Virus record (IMG/VR): IMGVR_UViG_2711768015_000005
DNA length: 41,351 bases
Strand: one strand, 5' to 3'
From: a virus
Lineage: Duplodnaviria; Heunggongvirae; Uroviricota; Caudoviricetes
The position numbers and the translations under genes were made by a program. How positions within the stretch are numbered: the stretch's first letter is position 1; the number at the start of each line of letters is the position of its first letter. Shown one piece after another: positions 9,064 through 18,229 of this stretch. The notes below the pieces were generated by a model. It worked only from the letters and a program-made list of their open reading frames with translations. It did not search any database and was not told the DNA's origin.

Positions 9064-9351
9064 ATGGAAAAAGAAATCAAATTTGCGCCTAAATCTATCG
9101 ACGAAGAACTGGCTAAAATCGGCATGCTTGAACGTATGCGGGACATTATCGAATATGCGATAAAAGAAAATCTTGCAGCCAGAGAAGCCCTTTTGATAAT
9201 GGAGCGGGAGATTAACCTGATTAAGGATGCTGTATCTCTGGATAATAAAATAGCCCGCGAGGAATACGTTCGCCGTAGGCTCGGTGTTGATGGTTCAGCA
9301 ATTCTTACATCTGAACATTATGCAAAAATTTTTAATCTTTTTCAGCGGTAA
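9064..9351 (+). CDS. Hypothetical early protein
   Basis: 95 aa from ATG 9064 (MEKEIKF...), directly after the zinc-ribbon ORF stop. Confidence 0.45.
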   Translation: MEKEIKFAPKSIDEELAKIGMLERMRDIIEYAIKENLAAREALLIMEREINLIKDAVSLDNKIAREEYVRRRLGVDGSAILTSEHYAKIFNLFQR

Positions 9352-9571
9352 TCCCCATACAGGCCCGGAGATTGTCGAAATGCCAGTCGGTATTAATATA
9401 TGAGCCATCCTGGATATCTTCTGCATTTTCCGGGGTAGAGTTTTTTTGAGCGAGATTGATAATATGTATTGCCTCCTCACGGGAAATCAGCCCCTTATCG
9501 AACAGGGTTACCATAAGATTTCCAGCCATTGTGAATGCGGCAACATCAAGTGCATTTTTTATATCTGACAT
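9332..9571 (-). CDS. Hypothetical protein encoded antisense to the early operon
   Basis: 79 aa minus-strand ORF with AAGGA SD 7 nt upstream of ATG; convergent 20-bp overlap with the preceding + strand ORF. Confidence 0.45.
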   Translation of the reverse strand: MSDIKNALDVAAFTMAGNLMVTLFDKGLISREEAIHIINLAQKNSTPENAEDIQDGSYINTDWHFDNLRACMGITAEKD

Positions 9572-9599
9572 AGATTTTTCCTTTTATGTTAATTGACAT

Positions 9600-9629
9600 G
9601 GCGGTGCGGTAACACCGCCCATTTTTTAT
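9600..9629 (+). terminator. Rho-independent terminator-like hairpin upstream of gemA
   Basis: GGCGGTG-cggtaa-CACCGCC followed by CATTTTTTAT. Confidence 0.5.
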
Positions 9630-9641
9630 GGAGCCACGATA

Positions 9642-10154
9642 ATGAATCGCGCTTCCCTGATTACCTTAATACATGTCGCAAAACGCGATCTACAGCTTGA
9701 CCATGATACCTATACATCCGCGCTGCTGGCAGCCACCGGCAAATCCAGTTGCCGTGATATGTCACCCGGTGAGTTATCCCGCGTGCTGGATGTTTTCAAA
9801 AAACGCGGTTTTAAAGTGCGTCAGAAGCCGGTTAACCGGGCCTTAAAACCGGGTACGGTGACCGCCAAAATTCGCGCCATCTGGAAAGTGATGCACCGGC
9901 AGGGATTTATCTCTGATGGCGGGGAAACGGCCCTTAACCGCTGGGTGAAATCGCAGACGGCCGCGCAGAACGACGGCGAAGGTGTGGCTAACTGGCAGTG
10001 GCTGGAGCAACAACCCGCGCTGGCCTCTGATGTGCTGGAGCGTCTCAAACGCTGGCACCGCCGCAAAATGCTGGCAGCCCTGGATATGTCGGAACGTGCA
10101 GTGATGAGTTATGAGCGTGTTTGCAGGCTGTATGAAAAATCATTCCCCCGTTAA
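9642..10154 (+). CDS. gemA: GemA-like protein (Mu gp16, DUF1018 family)
   Basis: 170 aa; N-terminus MNRASLITLIHVAKRDLQLDHDTYTSALLAATGKSSC parallels Mu GemA. Confidence 0.75.
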   Translation: MNRASLITLIHVAKRDLQLDHDTYTSALLAATGKSSCRDMSPGELSRVLDVFKKRGFKVRQKPVNRALKPGTVTAKIRAIWKVMHRQGFISDGGETALNRWVKSQTAAQNDGEGVANWQWLEQQPALASDVLERLKRWHRRKMLAALDMSERAVMSYERVCRLYEKSFPR

Positions 10155-10158
10155 CCCC

Positions 10159-10190
10159 AAATCCCGCCACAGCGCGGGATTTTTATTTTA
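10159..10190 (+). terminator. Rho-independent terminator between gemA and the Mor/C-family gene
   Basis: ATCCCGC-cacag-GCGGGAT followed by TTTTATTTTA. Confidence 0.6.
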
Positions 10191-10224
10191 AACTTGCCCT
10201 GTGTAATGATGACCGGAGGCGGGT

Positions 10225-10647
10225 ATGGCTGAAACACAGATGAGCATGTTTGGTGACAGCGAACAGCTGCACGCGCTGATTGACCGTCTGGATGATATTC
10301 CTGATGATGAGCTGAAAAAGAACTGGCCCGGCACGCTGCGGGACCTGGTTGATGTGATCAGTGCTGAACTGCACCGTCAGGGGATTGAACCTGCTCAGGC
10401 GGGAATGCTTGCCCGTAAGGTTGCAGCCGCACAGGCCGGGTACATGGGCGGGCGTGGTTATTATCTCCCGGTCGGTGAATCCCTTTTCACCGAACTGCGC
10501 AATAATGAAATTTTTTCCCGCTGGAGCCAGGGCGAAAAAATTGAAACCCTGCGCCGCCACTACCAGATGTCAGAGACGCAGATTTACTCCGTTATCCGCA
10601 ACCAGCGTCGCCTGCATCAGGAACGCACGCAGCCACGGCTTTTCTGA
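10225..10647 (+). CDS. mor: Mor/C-family transcriptional activator
   Basis: 140 aa; C-terminal HTH region YYLPVGESLFTELRNNEIFSRWSQGEKIETLRRHYQMSETQIYSVIRNQRR resembles Mu Mor/C; it is the only family member in the window and sits directly before the lysis gene. Confidence 0.8.
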   Translation: MAETQMSMFGDSEQLHALIDRLDDIPDDELKKNWPGTLRDLVDVISAELHRQGIEPAQAGMLARKVAAAQAGYMGGRGYYLPVGESLFTELRNNEIFSRWSQGEKIETLRRHYQMSETQIYSVIRNQRRLHQERTQPRLF

Positions 10648-10718
10648 TATTCCGCAAATCCTGCCCCCTTTTCCTCACGGTTACGCTGACTCAGAGAACA
10701 CCATGAGACAGCGTAACA

Positions 10719-11219
10719 ATGCCAAAACTCCCCGCACCCCTGCGTAAAAAGCTGATTGCCCTTGTTCTGGCCGGAGCCGGGACGTTCACCATTGCCACGC
10801 ACTACACCGGCTACTGGGAAGGGAAAGAAAACACCACGTACATTGATCCCACCGGCACCCCCACCATCTGTTACGGCCATACCGGCCCGGATGTGAAACC
10901 GGGGATGACAAAAACTGATGAAGAGTGTCTGGAGCTGCTGGAAAAGGACATGAAATGGGCCTTTGCGGCTATCGATCGTCATGTTCAGGTGCCGCTTACC
11001 CGTGGTCAGACGGTGGCGCTGGCCTCCTGGATTTTCTGGGCCGGTGAAACGAACTTTCGCAACTCCACGCTCCTGCGCCTTATCAATGCCGGGCAGATGC
11101 CCGCGTCCTGTAAGCAGTATATCCGCTGGATTTATTCAAAGGGGGTAAAACTCCCCGGTCTTGAGGCCCGCCGTTCGGCGGATGAATGGTTATGTCGTTA
11201 CGATTTGCCGAAAGTCTGA
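10719..11219 (+). CDS. lys: Endolysin, phage lysozyme with N-terminal signal-arrest-release (SAR) segment
   Basis: 166 aa; hydrophobic LIALVLAGAGTFTIA followed by a lysozyme-type region YWEGKENTTYIDPTGTPTICYGHTG. Confidence 0.8.
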   Translation: MPKLPAPLRKKLIALVLAGAGTFTIATHYTGYWEGKENTTYIDPTGTPTICYGHTGPDVKPGMTKTDEECLELLEKDMKWAFAAIDRHVQVPLTRGQTVALASWIFWAGETNFRNSTLLRLINAGQMPASCKQYIRWIYSKGVKLPGLEARRSADEWLCRYDLPKV

Positions 11220-11292
11220 ACCGCTTCTGGCGACCGCTCATGATTGCGCTGCTGTGTGCCGTTGTGCTGCTGCGGGGTGTGCTGTGTCTGCG

Positions 11293-11682
11293 GTGAACAA
11301 TCCCTTACCGGCCCTGATTGCCGGAGGCTGTATGGCGGCGCTGGGGGTGATGAGCGTGCTGGCTGCCGTGGTATGGGGAATGCACCAGAAGACGCAGCGC
11401 CTTGAGGACAATAATCATGTGCTTGTGCGTGAACGGGACGAAGCCCGTCTGGTGCTGGCAAACCAGCAACGCACCCTGCAACTCATTTCACAAATCAGCA
11501 AGGCGGCCACGAATGAAAAACAGCAGAACATGCAGCACAGCGAGGAACAGCAGAGCATTGTCCGCCGGTCACTGGCAACGGTGCCTGCTGCCGCTGTGCC
11601 TGTGCCTGATGATGTGGCTGACCGGGTGCGGCGGGCCGTCTGTGAAATACGTGCCGGTGAAGCCGGTGCCGATCCCCGCTGA
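11293..11682 (+). CDS. Putative i-spanin (Rz-like); start uncertain
   Basis: N-terminal TM segment LPALIAGGCMAALGVMSVLAAVVWG then charged coiled-coil-like region; directly after the endolysin; the frame is open from 11161. Confidence 0.5.
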   Translation: MNNPLPALIAGGCMAALGVMSVLAAVVWGMHQKTQRLEDNNHVLVRERDEARLVLANQQRTLQLISQISKAATNEKQQNMQHSEEQQSIVRRSLATVPAAAVPVPDDVADRVRRAVCEIRAGEAGADPR

Positions 11683-11884
11683 ATGGCTGGCTGACTGCCT
11701 GGTCCCTCCCGCGCCGCAGCCGTTCACGTTTGGTGCATCGGTCACTTACAACCTGCAACTGCTGGCGGTGATTAAAAACTGCAACGTGGACAAGGCCAGC
11801 ATCCGCCGTCTGGAGACACAGCGACAGCATGAATTTACTGATATGGCCGGAACGACTGCTGTTCCGGCAGGAAAGACGAAGTAA
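11513..11884 (+). CDS. Putative o-spanin lipoprotein (Rz1-like), overlapping the i-spanin in another frame
   Basis: Lipobox-like LTGC after a hydrophobic stretch; proline-rich; begins inside the i-spanin frame and extends beyond it. Confidence 0.5.
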   Translation: MKNSRTCSTARNSRALSAGHWQRCLLPLCLCLMMWLTGCGGPSVKYVPVKPVPIPAEWLADCLVPPAPQPFTFGASVTYNLQLLAVIKNCNVDKASIRRLETQRQHEFTDMAGTTAVPAGKTK

Positions 11885-11894
11885 GGAAAAAGGT

Positions 11895-12122
11895 ATGGAT
11901 GATTCAGATTGTGCTCAGGCAGTCATGGAGCGTGCAACAGAACGCGCCCTTTGTGACCGGCTGACACGTAAGCGCCGGGTGGCGGAGACACCGGGCAGGC
12001 GTGTATGCGCGGACTGCGGGGGTGACATTCCGGCTGCCCGTCTGGTTGCCGTGCCGGATGCCATCCGTTGTGTGAACTGCCAGAACATCATGGAGGCCGG
12101 TCATGTGGGTCAGCATCGTTAA
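11895..12122 (+). CDS. TraR/DksA-family C4 zinc-finger protein
   Basis: 75 aa from ATG 11895; CADCGGDIPAARL...IRCVNCQ four-cysteine motif. Confidence 0.6.
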   Translation: MDDSDCAQAVMERATERALCDRLTRKRRVAETPGRRVCADCGGDIPAARLVAVPDAIRCVNCQNIMEAGHVGQHR

Positions 12123-12414
12123 AGATTATGTCGTGCCGATCCTGTCGGCAACGGCCACAGCCGGGGGGATCTTCATGGCGCTGATGCGCAAAACCTTTGT
12201 CCCCCGCGAGGCCTTTGAAAAACTCTCCGACCGGGTTGAGCGGGTGGAGAGCCGGATTTCCGGCCTGCCCACGCAGCAGGAGGTGAACAGACTCAATATC
12301 GAAATCACCACCCTGCGCGGTGAGCTTAAGGCCACCAATGCCACCCTGAAATCCGTCTCCCATCAGAACGAACTGCTGCTGGAGCAGGCTGTAAGGAAAA
12401 AACACAATGAGTGA
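12103..12414 (+). CDS. Membrane-anchored coiled-coil protein (Mu-like, DUF2730-type)
   Basis: 103 aa; N-terminal TM VVPILSATATAGGIFMAL then coiled-coil-like region. Confidence 0.5.
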   Translation: MWVSIVKDYVVPILSATATAGGIFMALMRKTFVPREAFEKLSDRVERVESRISGLPTQQEVNRLNIEITTLRGELKATNATLKSVSHQNELLLEQAVRKKHNE

Positions 12415-12697
12415 TTTCATTACTGAAGATCAGCGTCTTGTCATTCTGCGGTCGCTGGCGGATTACAACGGCGAACTGGGCGAATCCGTGCTTCAGGACT
12501 GCCTGGATGATTACGGTCACCGCGTGTCCCGCGACACCGTTCATACCCACATTGCCTGGCTTGCCGAGCAGGGACTGGTGCGTAAGCGCACGCTTGTTAA
12601 CGGTTATTTCATCGCTGAACTGACCGGCCGGGGTCAGGATGTGGCGGAAGGCCGCGCCACCGTTCCGGGTGTGAAGAAACCACGCGCAAGGGGGTAA
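12407..12697 (+). CDS. Hypothetical protein (Mu gp26 position)
   Basis: 96 aa ORF between the membrane protein and the gp27-like gene. Confidence 0.5.
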   Translation: MSDFITEDQRLVILRSLADYNGELGESVLQDCLDDYGHRVSRDTVHTHIAWLAEQGLVRKRTLVNGYFIAELTGRGQDVAEGRATVPGVKKPRARG

Positions 12698-12699
12698 CG

Positions 12700-13281
12700 A
12701 TGGATAAGCCAGCGCGTGGCCGTGTACGCAAGGTGGATTTGCTCCCCGACAGCATCCGTAAGCCGCTGCTGGAAATGCTGCGTGAAAAACGTCTGACGCA
12801 GGTCCAGATCCGCGAGGAAATCAACCGTCTGATCCGTGAAGCAGGTCTGCCGGAAGAGCAGCAGCTCTCACCGGCGGCCATCAGCCGGGAAGCCTCCCGT
12901 AATGAGCTGATTGCCCGTAATCTGCGTGATTTACGCGAGCAGACAAAAGCCATGATGGCCGAACTGGGGGATAAGCCGACCGGTGAAACCACGGCACTGA
13001 TTCTGGAGATGTCCCGTGCCCTGATGTACCGCCGTCTGCGTGCCGCCACCGAATCCCTGAACAGCGACAGCGATGTGGATATGCGCCTTATTAAGGACAT
13101 CCTCCTGTCGGCACAGCGTGCAGAAAGTGCCGCCGAGCGCAGCATTAAGCGTGAAAAAGAAATCCGGGCCGCATTTGCTGAAGAGATGGCGAATGCGGTC
13201 ACCGATGAGTTGCGCGGCGTGGATGGCATGAGCGAGCAGATCGAATTCCGTATCAGGCAGATGCTGCTGGGTAAGGCGTAG
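12700..13281 (+). CDS. Mu gp27-like protein, putative terminase small subunit (DUF3486-type)
   Basis: 193 aa immediately upstream of the terminase large-subunit region. Confidence 0.65.
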   Translation: MDKPARGRVRKVDLLPDSIRKPLLEMLREKRLTQVQIREEINRLIREAGLPEEQQLSPAAISREASRNELIARNLRDLREQTKAMMAELGDKPTGETTALILEMSRALMYRRLRAATESLNSDSDVDMRLIKDILLSAQRAESAAERSIKREKEIRAAFAEEMANAVTDELRGVDGMSEQIEFRIRQMLLGKA

Positions 13282-13291
13282 GAGGTGAATC

Positions 13292-13540
13292 ATGGCAACA
13301 GATAACCGCTCACTGATGAGCAGTGCCCATCAGAAAGCATTCAGTCTTGCAACACAGTTACCTCCTGAAACCATAAAGGTATGTCGTGAGTTGACTGAAC
13401 TCAGCATTGCCGGGGAAATATCCCTGGAACAACTGCATTCGCTGCTGGCAGAGGCTGCCACTGATGAGTTGAGCGGCGTGGACGTGATGACTGAAGAGCT
13501 TGAGTCCCGAATCAAAAGCATTCTGACAGGTAAAGCATGA
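13292..13540 (+). CDS. Small protein sharing the C-terminal tail of the gp27-like protein
   Basis: 82 aa; C-terminus ATDELSGVDVMTEELESRIKSILTGKA versus gp27-like VTDELRGVDGMSEQIEFRIRQMLLGKA; stop overlaps terminase start. Confidence 0.55.
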   Translation: MATDNRSLMSSAHQKAFSLATQLPPETIKVCRELTELSIAGEISLEQLHSLLAEAATDELSGVDVMTEELESRIKSILTGKA

Positions 13541-15204
13541 TGAACAAAGCCAGAGAAACGTCGCCTTCACTGATGCAAATGACGCCTCCCCGCAAAATTG
13601 ATCTGTCAGGTGAAAAAGCCCTGCTGGGCGTGGATGTGCCGGACAGCCTTGATTTGCCCGGTGATATGCCGGTGTTTCTGGATTATCAGGCCCGCTGGTT
13701 TGCAGATGAAAGTCAGGTCTGCATCGCGGAGAAATCCCGCCGCACCGGTCTTACCTGGGCGGAAGCCGGGCGTAACGTCATTACTGCTGCAAAACCGAAG
13801 CGTCGTGGTGGCCGCAATGTGTTTTATGTGGGATCAAAGCAGGAGATGGCGCTGGAATATATTTCTGCCTGCGCGCTGTTCTCCCGTGCCTTTAACCAGC
13901 TGGCAGATGCTGATGTGTATGAGCAGACATTCTGGGATCGGGATAAAAAAGAAGAAATTTTGACCTACATGATCCGCTTTCCGAACAGTGGATTCAAAAT
14001 TCAGGCATTGTCTTCCCGTCCGTCAAACCTGCGCGGCCTTCAGGGGGATGTGGTGATTGATGAAGCCGCGTTCCACGAGTCACTGGATGAGCTTCTCAAG
14101 GCGGCAATGGCGCTCACTATGTGGGGCGCGCGCGTGCGTATTATCTCCACGCATAACGGCGTCGATAATCTGTTTAATCAGTACATTCAGGAAGCCCGCG
14201 AGGGGCGCAAGGATTACAGCGTCCACCGCATAACCCTGGATGATGCCATTGCGGACGGGCTGTACCGTCGTATCTGTTACGTCACCGATCAGGAATGGTC
14301 ACCGGAAAGCGAGCAGAAATGGCGTGATGATCTCTACAAAAACGCCCCGACCCGTGAGGATGCCGACGAGGAATACGGCTGTATCCCGAAAAAATCCGGC
14401 GGTGCCTATATCCCCCACGCGCTTATTGAAATGGCGATGATCCGCGACATCCCGATTCTGACGTTTGAAGCCCCGGACAACTTCATCAGCCGTGCCGCAT
14501 GGCTGCGTGAATCGGAAGTTTTAACCTGGTGTGAAGAACATTTAAAACCGCTTTTAGAGAAATTAAATCCCCGTTCCCGCTTCAGCTTCGGGGAAGACTT
14601 TGCCCGCACCGGTGACCTGTCCTGCTTTGTGCTGCTGGAAATCACCGAATCCCTGGCAAAGCGCGAGGTGTTTCGCGTGGAGCTGCGCAACCTGCCGTAT
14701 GCCCAGCAGGAACAGGTGATGATGTACATCCTGACCCGCGTTCCGGCGCTGGTCGGTGCGGCGTTCGACGCCACCGGTAACGGCGGCTATCTGGCAGAGG
14801 CCGCACTGCTGGCCTTTGGCCCGGACATCATCGACTGCGTGATGTTGTCGCCGAAGTGGTACGGCGAGTGGATGCCAAAACTGAAAGCCGAGTTTGAAGA
14901 TCAGAATATCCTCGTCGCCCGCCATCAGACCACGCTTGATGATTTGCGCCATGTGAAGGTAGTGAATGGTATCCCGCAAATCGACAAGGGGCGCACGAAG
15001 GACCAGAACGCAACGGCTGCGAACGCCCGCCGCCATGGTGATTTTGCCGTGGCGCTCTGTATGGCAAACCGGGCGTCATACATGGAGGGCTTCATCCTGG
15101 ATGAATCAGCCTGTCAGGCGCTACAGGAGCGGTCGCGGGCAATGGAGGGCGGTTATCGTGATGACGATGAGGCATATCATGAATTTGATCGGGGGGGCTG
15201 GTAG
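13537..15204 (+). CDS. Terminase large subunit (Mu gp28-like)
   Basis: 555 aa; position and size as Mu gp28; VVIDEAAFHE motif. Confidence 0.85.
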   Translation: MMNKARETSPSLMQMTPPRKIDLSGEKALLGVDVPDSLDLPGDMPVFLDYQARWFADESQVCIAEKSRRTGLTWAEAGRNVITAAKPKRRGGRNVFYVGSKQEMALEYISACALFSRAFNQLADADVYEQTFWDRDKKEEILTYMIRFPNSGFKIQALSSRPSNLRGLQGDVVIDEAAFHESLDELLKAAMALTMWGARVRIISTHNGVDNLFNQYIQEAREGRKDYSVHRITLDDAIADGLYRRICYVTDQEWSPESEQKWRDDLYKNAPTREDADEEYGCIPKKSGGAYIPHALIEMAMIRDIPILTFEAPDNFISRAAWLRESEVLTWCEEHLKPLLEKLNPRSRFSFGEDFARTGDLSCFVLLEITESLAKREVFRVELRNLPYAQQEQVMMYILTRVPALVGAAFDATGNGGYLAEAALLAFGPDIIDCVMLSPKWYGEWMPKLKAEFEDQNILVARHQTTLDDLRHVKVVNGIPQIDKGRTKDQNATAANARRHGDFAVALCMANRASYMEGFILDESACQALQERSRAMEGGYRDDDEAYHEFDRGGW

Positions 15205-16793
15205 TGGGACGCATCATTGATACTGACGGAAAACCTTTCTCCTTTGACCCGGAGATGCAGAGTGCCGCGCTGGATATTCCGCAGATTGCCAGCCGTTATA
15301 TTGAACATCCGGCTTCGGGTATCACCCCGAACCGGGCGGCGCAGTGCCTTCGCGGGGCTGAACGTGGCGATCTGATTGCCCAGTCCGATCTGGCCGCTGA
15401 TATTGAAGAAAAGGACACCCACCTTTTTGCGGAGCTGGGCAAGCGACGTCTTGCCATTCAGGGGGTGCCATGGAGTATTGAGCCGCCACCGAACGCCAGC
15501 GCGAATGAGAAAAAGGACGCGGAAATGCTCGACGAATATCTGCATTCCGCAGACTGGTTTGATGCCATGCTGTTTGACGCCACGGATGCCATCCTGAAGG
15601 GCTATTCCTGCATGGAAATTGAGCACGGGATGCTCGGTAAAATGCACATCATCCGCGCCATCCGCTGGCGTGACAGCGGGCATTTCTGCCTTAACCCGGA
15701 TGATTTGAGCGAACTGCGGCTGCGTGACGGCAGCCATGCCGGGGTGGCGTTTCAGCCCTTTGGCTGGATAGTGCATCAGTCGCGTTCACGCACCGGCTAC
15801 GGTGGTGCGACGGGGCTTGTCAGAACGCTTATCTGGCCGTTCATTTTCAAAAACTATTCCGTGCGCGATCTGGCGGAATTTCTGGAGGTGTACGGCCTGC
15901 CAATGAAGGTCGGGAAATACCCGTCCGGGGCAACACCGGAGCAGAAAAGTGCCCTGATGCGGGCGGTGATGGATATCGGGCGACGTACAGGCGGGATCAT
16001 CCCGGCCGGGATGTCGCTGGAGTTTCAGGCGGCAGCGAACGGTCAGGCCGATCCGTTTGAAACCATGATTTCGTGGGGTGAGCGTTCCATCTCCAAAGCA
16101 ATACTCGGCGGCACGCTGACCACAGAAGCCGGAGACAAAGGCGCGCGCTCGCTGGGTGAGGTGCATAACGAGGTGCGCCGGGAAATCAGGGATTCTGATT
16201 TACGCCAGCTGGCTGCAACCCTGAACCGCGATCTGGTGTATCCGCTGTATGCCCTGAACACCGCCCACGCCATTGATATCCGTCGCCTGCCGCGTATCTG
16301 TTTCCAGACCAAAGAACCGGGGGATATCACCAAAATAGCCAGTGCGGTGATGCAACTCAGTGCGGGGATGGATATTCCTGATCCCTGGGTACGGGATCAG
16401 ACCGGTATTCCACAGCCCACGCCCGGTGAAGCCATATTCCGTGTCCGTCAGAGCAGTAATGAACCGGCCATGCCTGACAGGGAAACGCTACCGGAAAAAC
16501 AGGAAAAGACAGAACAGACGGCGCTTTCAGCCCGACTGCCGGAAGCGAAAAACACGCCGCGTGATGAACTGGACGACATGGGGGACGCGGTGCCTGCCCG
16601 CCGCTTACAGGAGGCCATCGATCCGGTGCTGGAGCCGGTCATTGATGTCATCAGAACGCGGGGGCTGGCGGAGGCACTGGCAGACCTGCCTGCCCTTTAC
16701 CGTGAAATGGATGATTCCCGCCTGATGACGCTGCTCAGTGATGCCATGTTTGCTGCGGAAATGAAGGGGATGCTGGATGGCTCAGGGGATTGA
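15204..16793 (+). CDS. Portal protein (Mu gp29-like, DUF935)
   Basis: 529 aa directly after terminase, acidic C-terminus. Confidence 0.85.
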   Translation: MGRIIDTDGKPFSFDPEMQSAALDIPQIASRYIEHPASGITPNRAAQCLRGAERGDLIAQSDLAADIEEKDTHLFAELGKRRLAIQGVPWSIEPPPNASANEKKDAEMLDEYLHSADWFDAMLFDATDAILKGYSCMEIEHGMLGKMHIIRAIRWRDSGHFCLNPDDLSELRLRDGSHAGVAFQPFGWIVHQSRSRTGYGGATGLVRTLIWPFIFKNYSVRDLAEFLEVYGLPMKVGKYPSGATPEQKSALMRAVMDIGRRTGGIIPAGMSLEFQAAANGQADPFETMISWGERSISKAILGGTLTTEAGDKGARSLGEVHNEVRREIRDSDLRQLAATLNRDLVYPLYALNTAHAIDIRRLPRICFQTKEPGDITKIASAVMQLSAGMDIPDPWVRDQTGIPQPTPGEAIFRVRQSSNEPAMPDRETLPEKQEKTEQTALSARLPEAKNTPRDELDDMGDAVPARRLQEAIDPVLEPVIDVIRTRGLAEALADLPALYREMDDSRLMTLLSDAMFAAEMKGMLDGSGD

Positions 16794-18108
16794 TTTAGGT
16801 TATGCCGCCACGCTTCCCTCAAAAGAGACGGTGGCATACTTCCGCGCCAAAGGGGCGCATATCAGCTGGAACTGGTTCGAAACAGACGCGGATGTTCATG
16901 CCCGCTCATTCACGGCAGCAAAAACGGCACGGCTGGATGTGGTAACCACATTACAGGCCGAAGTGCAGCGGGCCATTGATGAGGGGATTTCACAGAAAGA
17001 ATTTATCCGCACACTGACGCCACGCCTGCAAAAGCTGGGATGGTGGGGAAAGCAGATTGTGGTGGACAGCGACGGTAACGCGGAAGAAGTGCAGCAGGGC
17101 AGTCCCCGTCGTCTGGCGCTGATTTACAACGTGAACACCCGTGTGGCTTACAATGCCGGGCGTTACACGCAGATGATGAACAACACGGACACGCATCCGT
17201 TCTGGCAGTATGTGGCGGTCATGGACAGCCGTACCCGCCCGTCGCATTCCGCCCTTAACGGTCTGGTATTCCGCTATGACGATCCGTTCTGGAAAACACA
17301 CTACCCGCCCAATGGCTGGAACTGCCGCTGCCGTGTGCGGCCATTGTCTCAGGCCCGTCTGGATGCAATGGGGTTATCCGTTTCATCCGGTGAGGATCAT
17401 CTCTCCACCCGCAATGTTGAGGCTGGCGTGGATAAACAGACCGGAGAAGTCAGAGAAATGCCGGTGACCACATATTCAGATGGCGCCAGAACCATGACAC
17501 CGGATGTGGGCTGGTCATATAACCCCGGCTCGGCAGCGTTCGGCACAGACCAGGCGCTGATCCGCAAACTGATCGAGGTGAAAAGCCCGGCGTTACGGGA
17601 AATGGTGGTTCAGGAGATGAACAACAGCCCGGAGCGGCAGCTGGCGTTCCGCATCTGGGCAAAAAACATCATGCAGACCCGGCGAGGTGGTAACGATATC
17701 CGCACGCTGGGCTTTATGACTGAAAGCATTGCGCAGGCAGTGGAAAGCCGGACGGGAACGCCACCGGCCCGCCTGCTGGCGATGAGCGGTAAAAATGTGC
17801 TCCATGCGGACAGTGTGAAACATCAGAATGACGGCATCGCTCTGACGCCGGAGGACTTCGGGCGCTTACCGGCAATGCTGGCAAGGCCAAAAGCGGTACT
17901 GTGGGACAAACGGCACAACAATCTGATGTATATCGTGGAAAATCAGGATGGCAGTGTGCAGATTGCCGTTAATGCACCGTACAGTCTGAAACGTCAGCCC
18001 GACAAACTGGATGTGATTGTGAATGCTTACCGGGTTATCAATATGGATAAGCTGAAATCGGATATCCGGGGCGGAATGCTTGAGGTGCTGGAAGGACAAA
18101 TTGATTAA
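16777..18108 (+). CDS. Head morphogenesis protein (Mu F / gp30-like)
   Basis: 443 aa following portal with overlapping start. Confidence 0.75.
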   Translation: MAQGIDLGYAATLPSKETVAYFRAKGAHISWNWFETDADVHARSFTAAKTARLDVVTTLQAEVQRAIDEGISQKEFIRTLTPRLQKLGWWGKQIVVDSDGNAEEVQQGSPRRLALIYNVNTRVAYNAGRYTQMMNNTDTHPFWQYVAVMDSRTRPSHSALNGLVFRYDDPFWKTHYPPNGWNCRCRVRPLSQARLDAMGLSVSSGEDHLSTRNVEAGVDKQTGEVREMPVTTYSDGARTMTPDVGWSYNPGSAAFGTDQALIRKLIEVKSPALREMVVQEMNNSPERQLAFRIWAKNIMQTRRGGNDIRTLGFMTESIAQAVESRTGTPPARLLAMSGKNVLHADSVKHQNDGIALTPEDFGRLPAMLARPKAVLWDKRHNNLMYIVENQDGSVQIAVNAPYSLKRQPDKLDVIVNAYRVINMDKLKSDIRGGMLEVLEGQID

Positions 18109-18193
18109 CGGTCAGTGGCGGGGGTCGAACCCGCATACATGATCCACCCGGAGGCAGGCACCGACTTTACCAGTTAAGCGTACACTGACCGCC
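18109..18193. other. Structured intergenic element between head genes F and G
   Basis: 9-bp outer stem CGGTCAGTG/CACTGACCG enclosing hairpin GCGGG-GGTCGAA-CCCGC; on the minus strand the hairpin loop reads TTCGACC (T-loop-like); followed by TGTTTATTTTAT. Confidence 0.35.
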
Positions 18194-18229
18194 TGTTTAT
18201 TTTATATTCATCCTTTATGCGGAGGCAAT

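Noticed and set aside
10361-10747. 128-aa ORF in an alternative frame spanning the activator gene and the lys upstream region
   Set aside because: It overlaps the Mor/C-family gene out of frame and crosses the intergenic promoter region; composition is Arg/Pro-rich; considered a frame artefact.
11161-11292. Extended N-terminus of the spanin-frame ORF as a separate holin
   Set aside because: The segment overlaps the end of the endolysin gene, is Cys/Ala-rich and has no clear start signal; a holin cannot be supported from sequence alone.
12609-13229. 206-aa minus-strand ORF opposite the gp27-like gene
   Set aside because: Arg/Ser-rich low-complexity product antisense to a gene with conserved synteny; shadow ORF.
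15177-16333. Antisense and alternative-frame ORFs across the terminase-portal junction and portal gene
   Set aside because: They overlap strongly supported structural genes in a tightly packed co-directional operon; no RBS and atypical composition.
18109-18193. Possible tRNA gene on the minus strand (acceptor-like stem, TTCGA-type T-loop)
   Set aside because: No 5-bp anticodon stem with a 7-nt loop could be placed in any register between the D-arm-like and T-arm-like parts, and there is no CCA context; kept only as a structured element.
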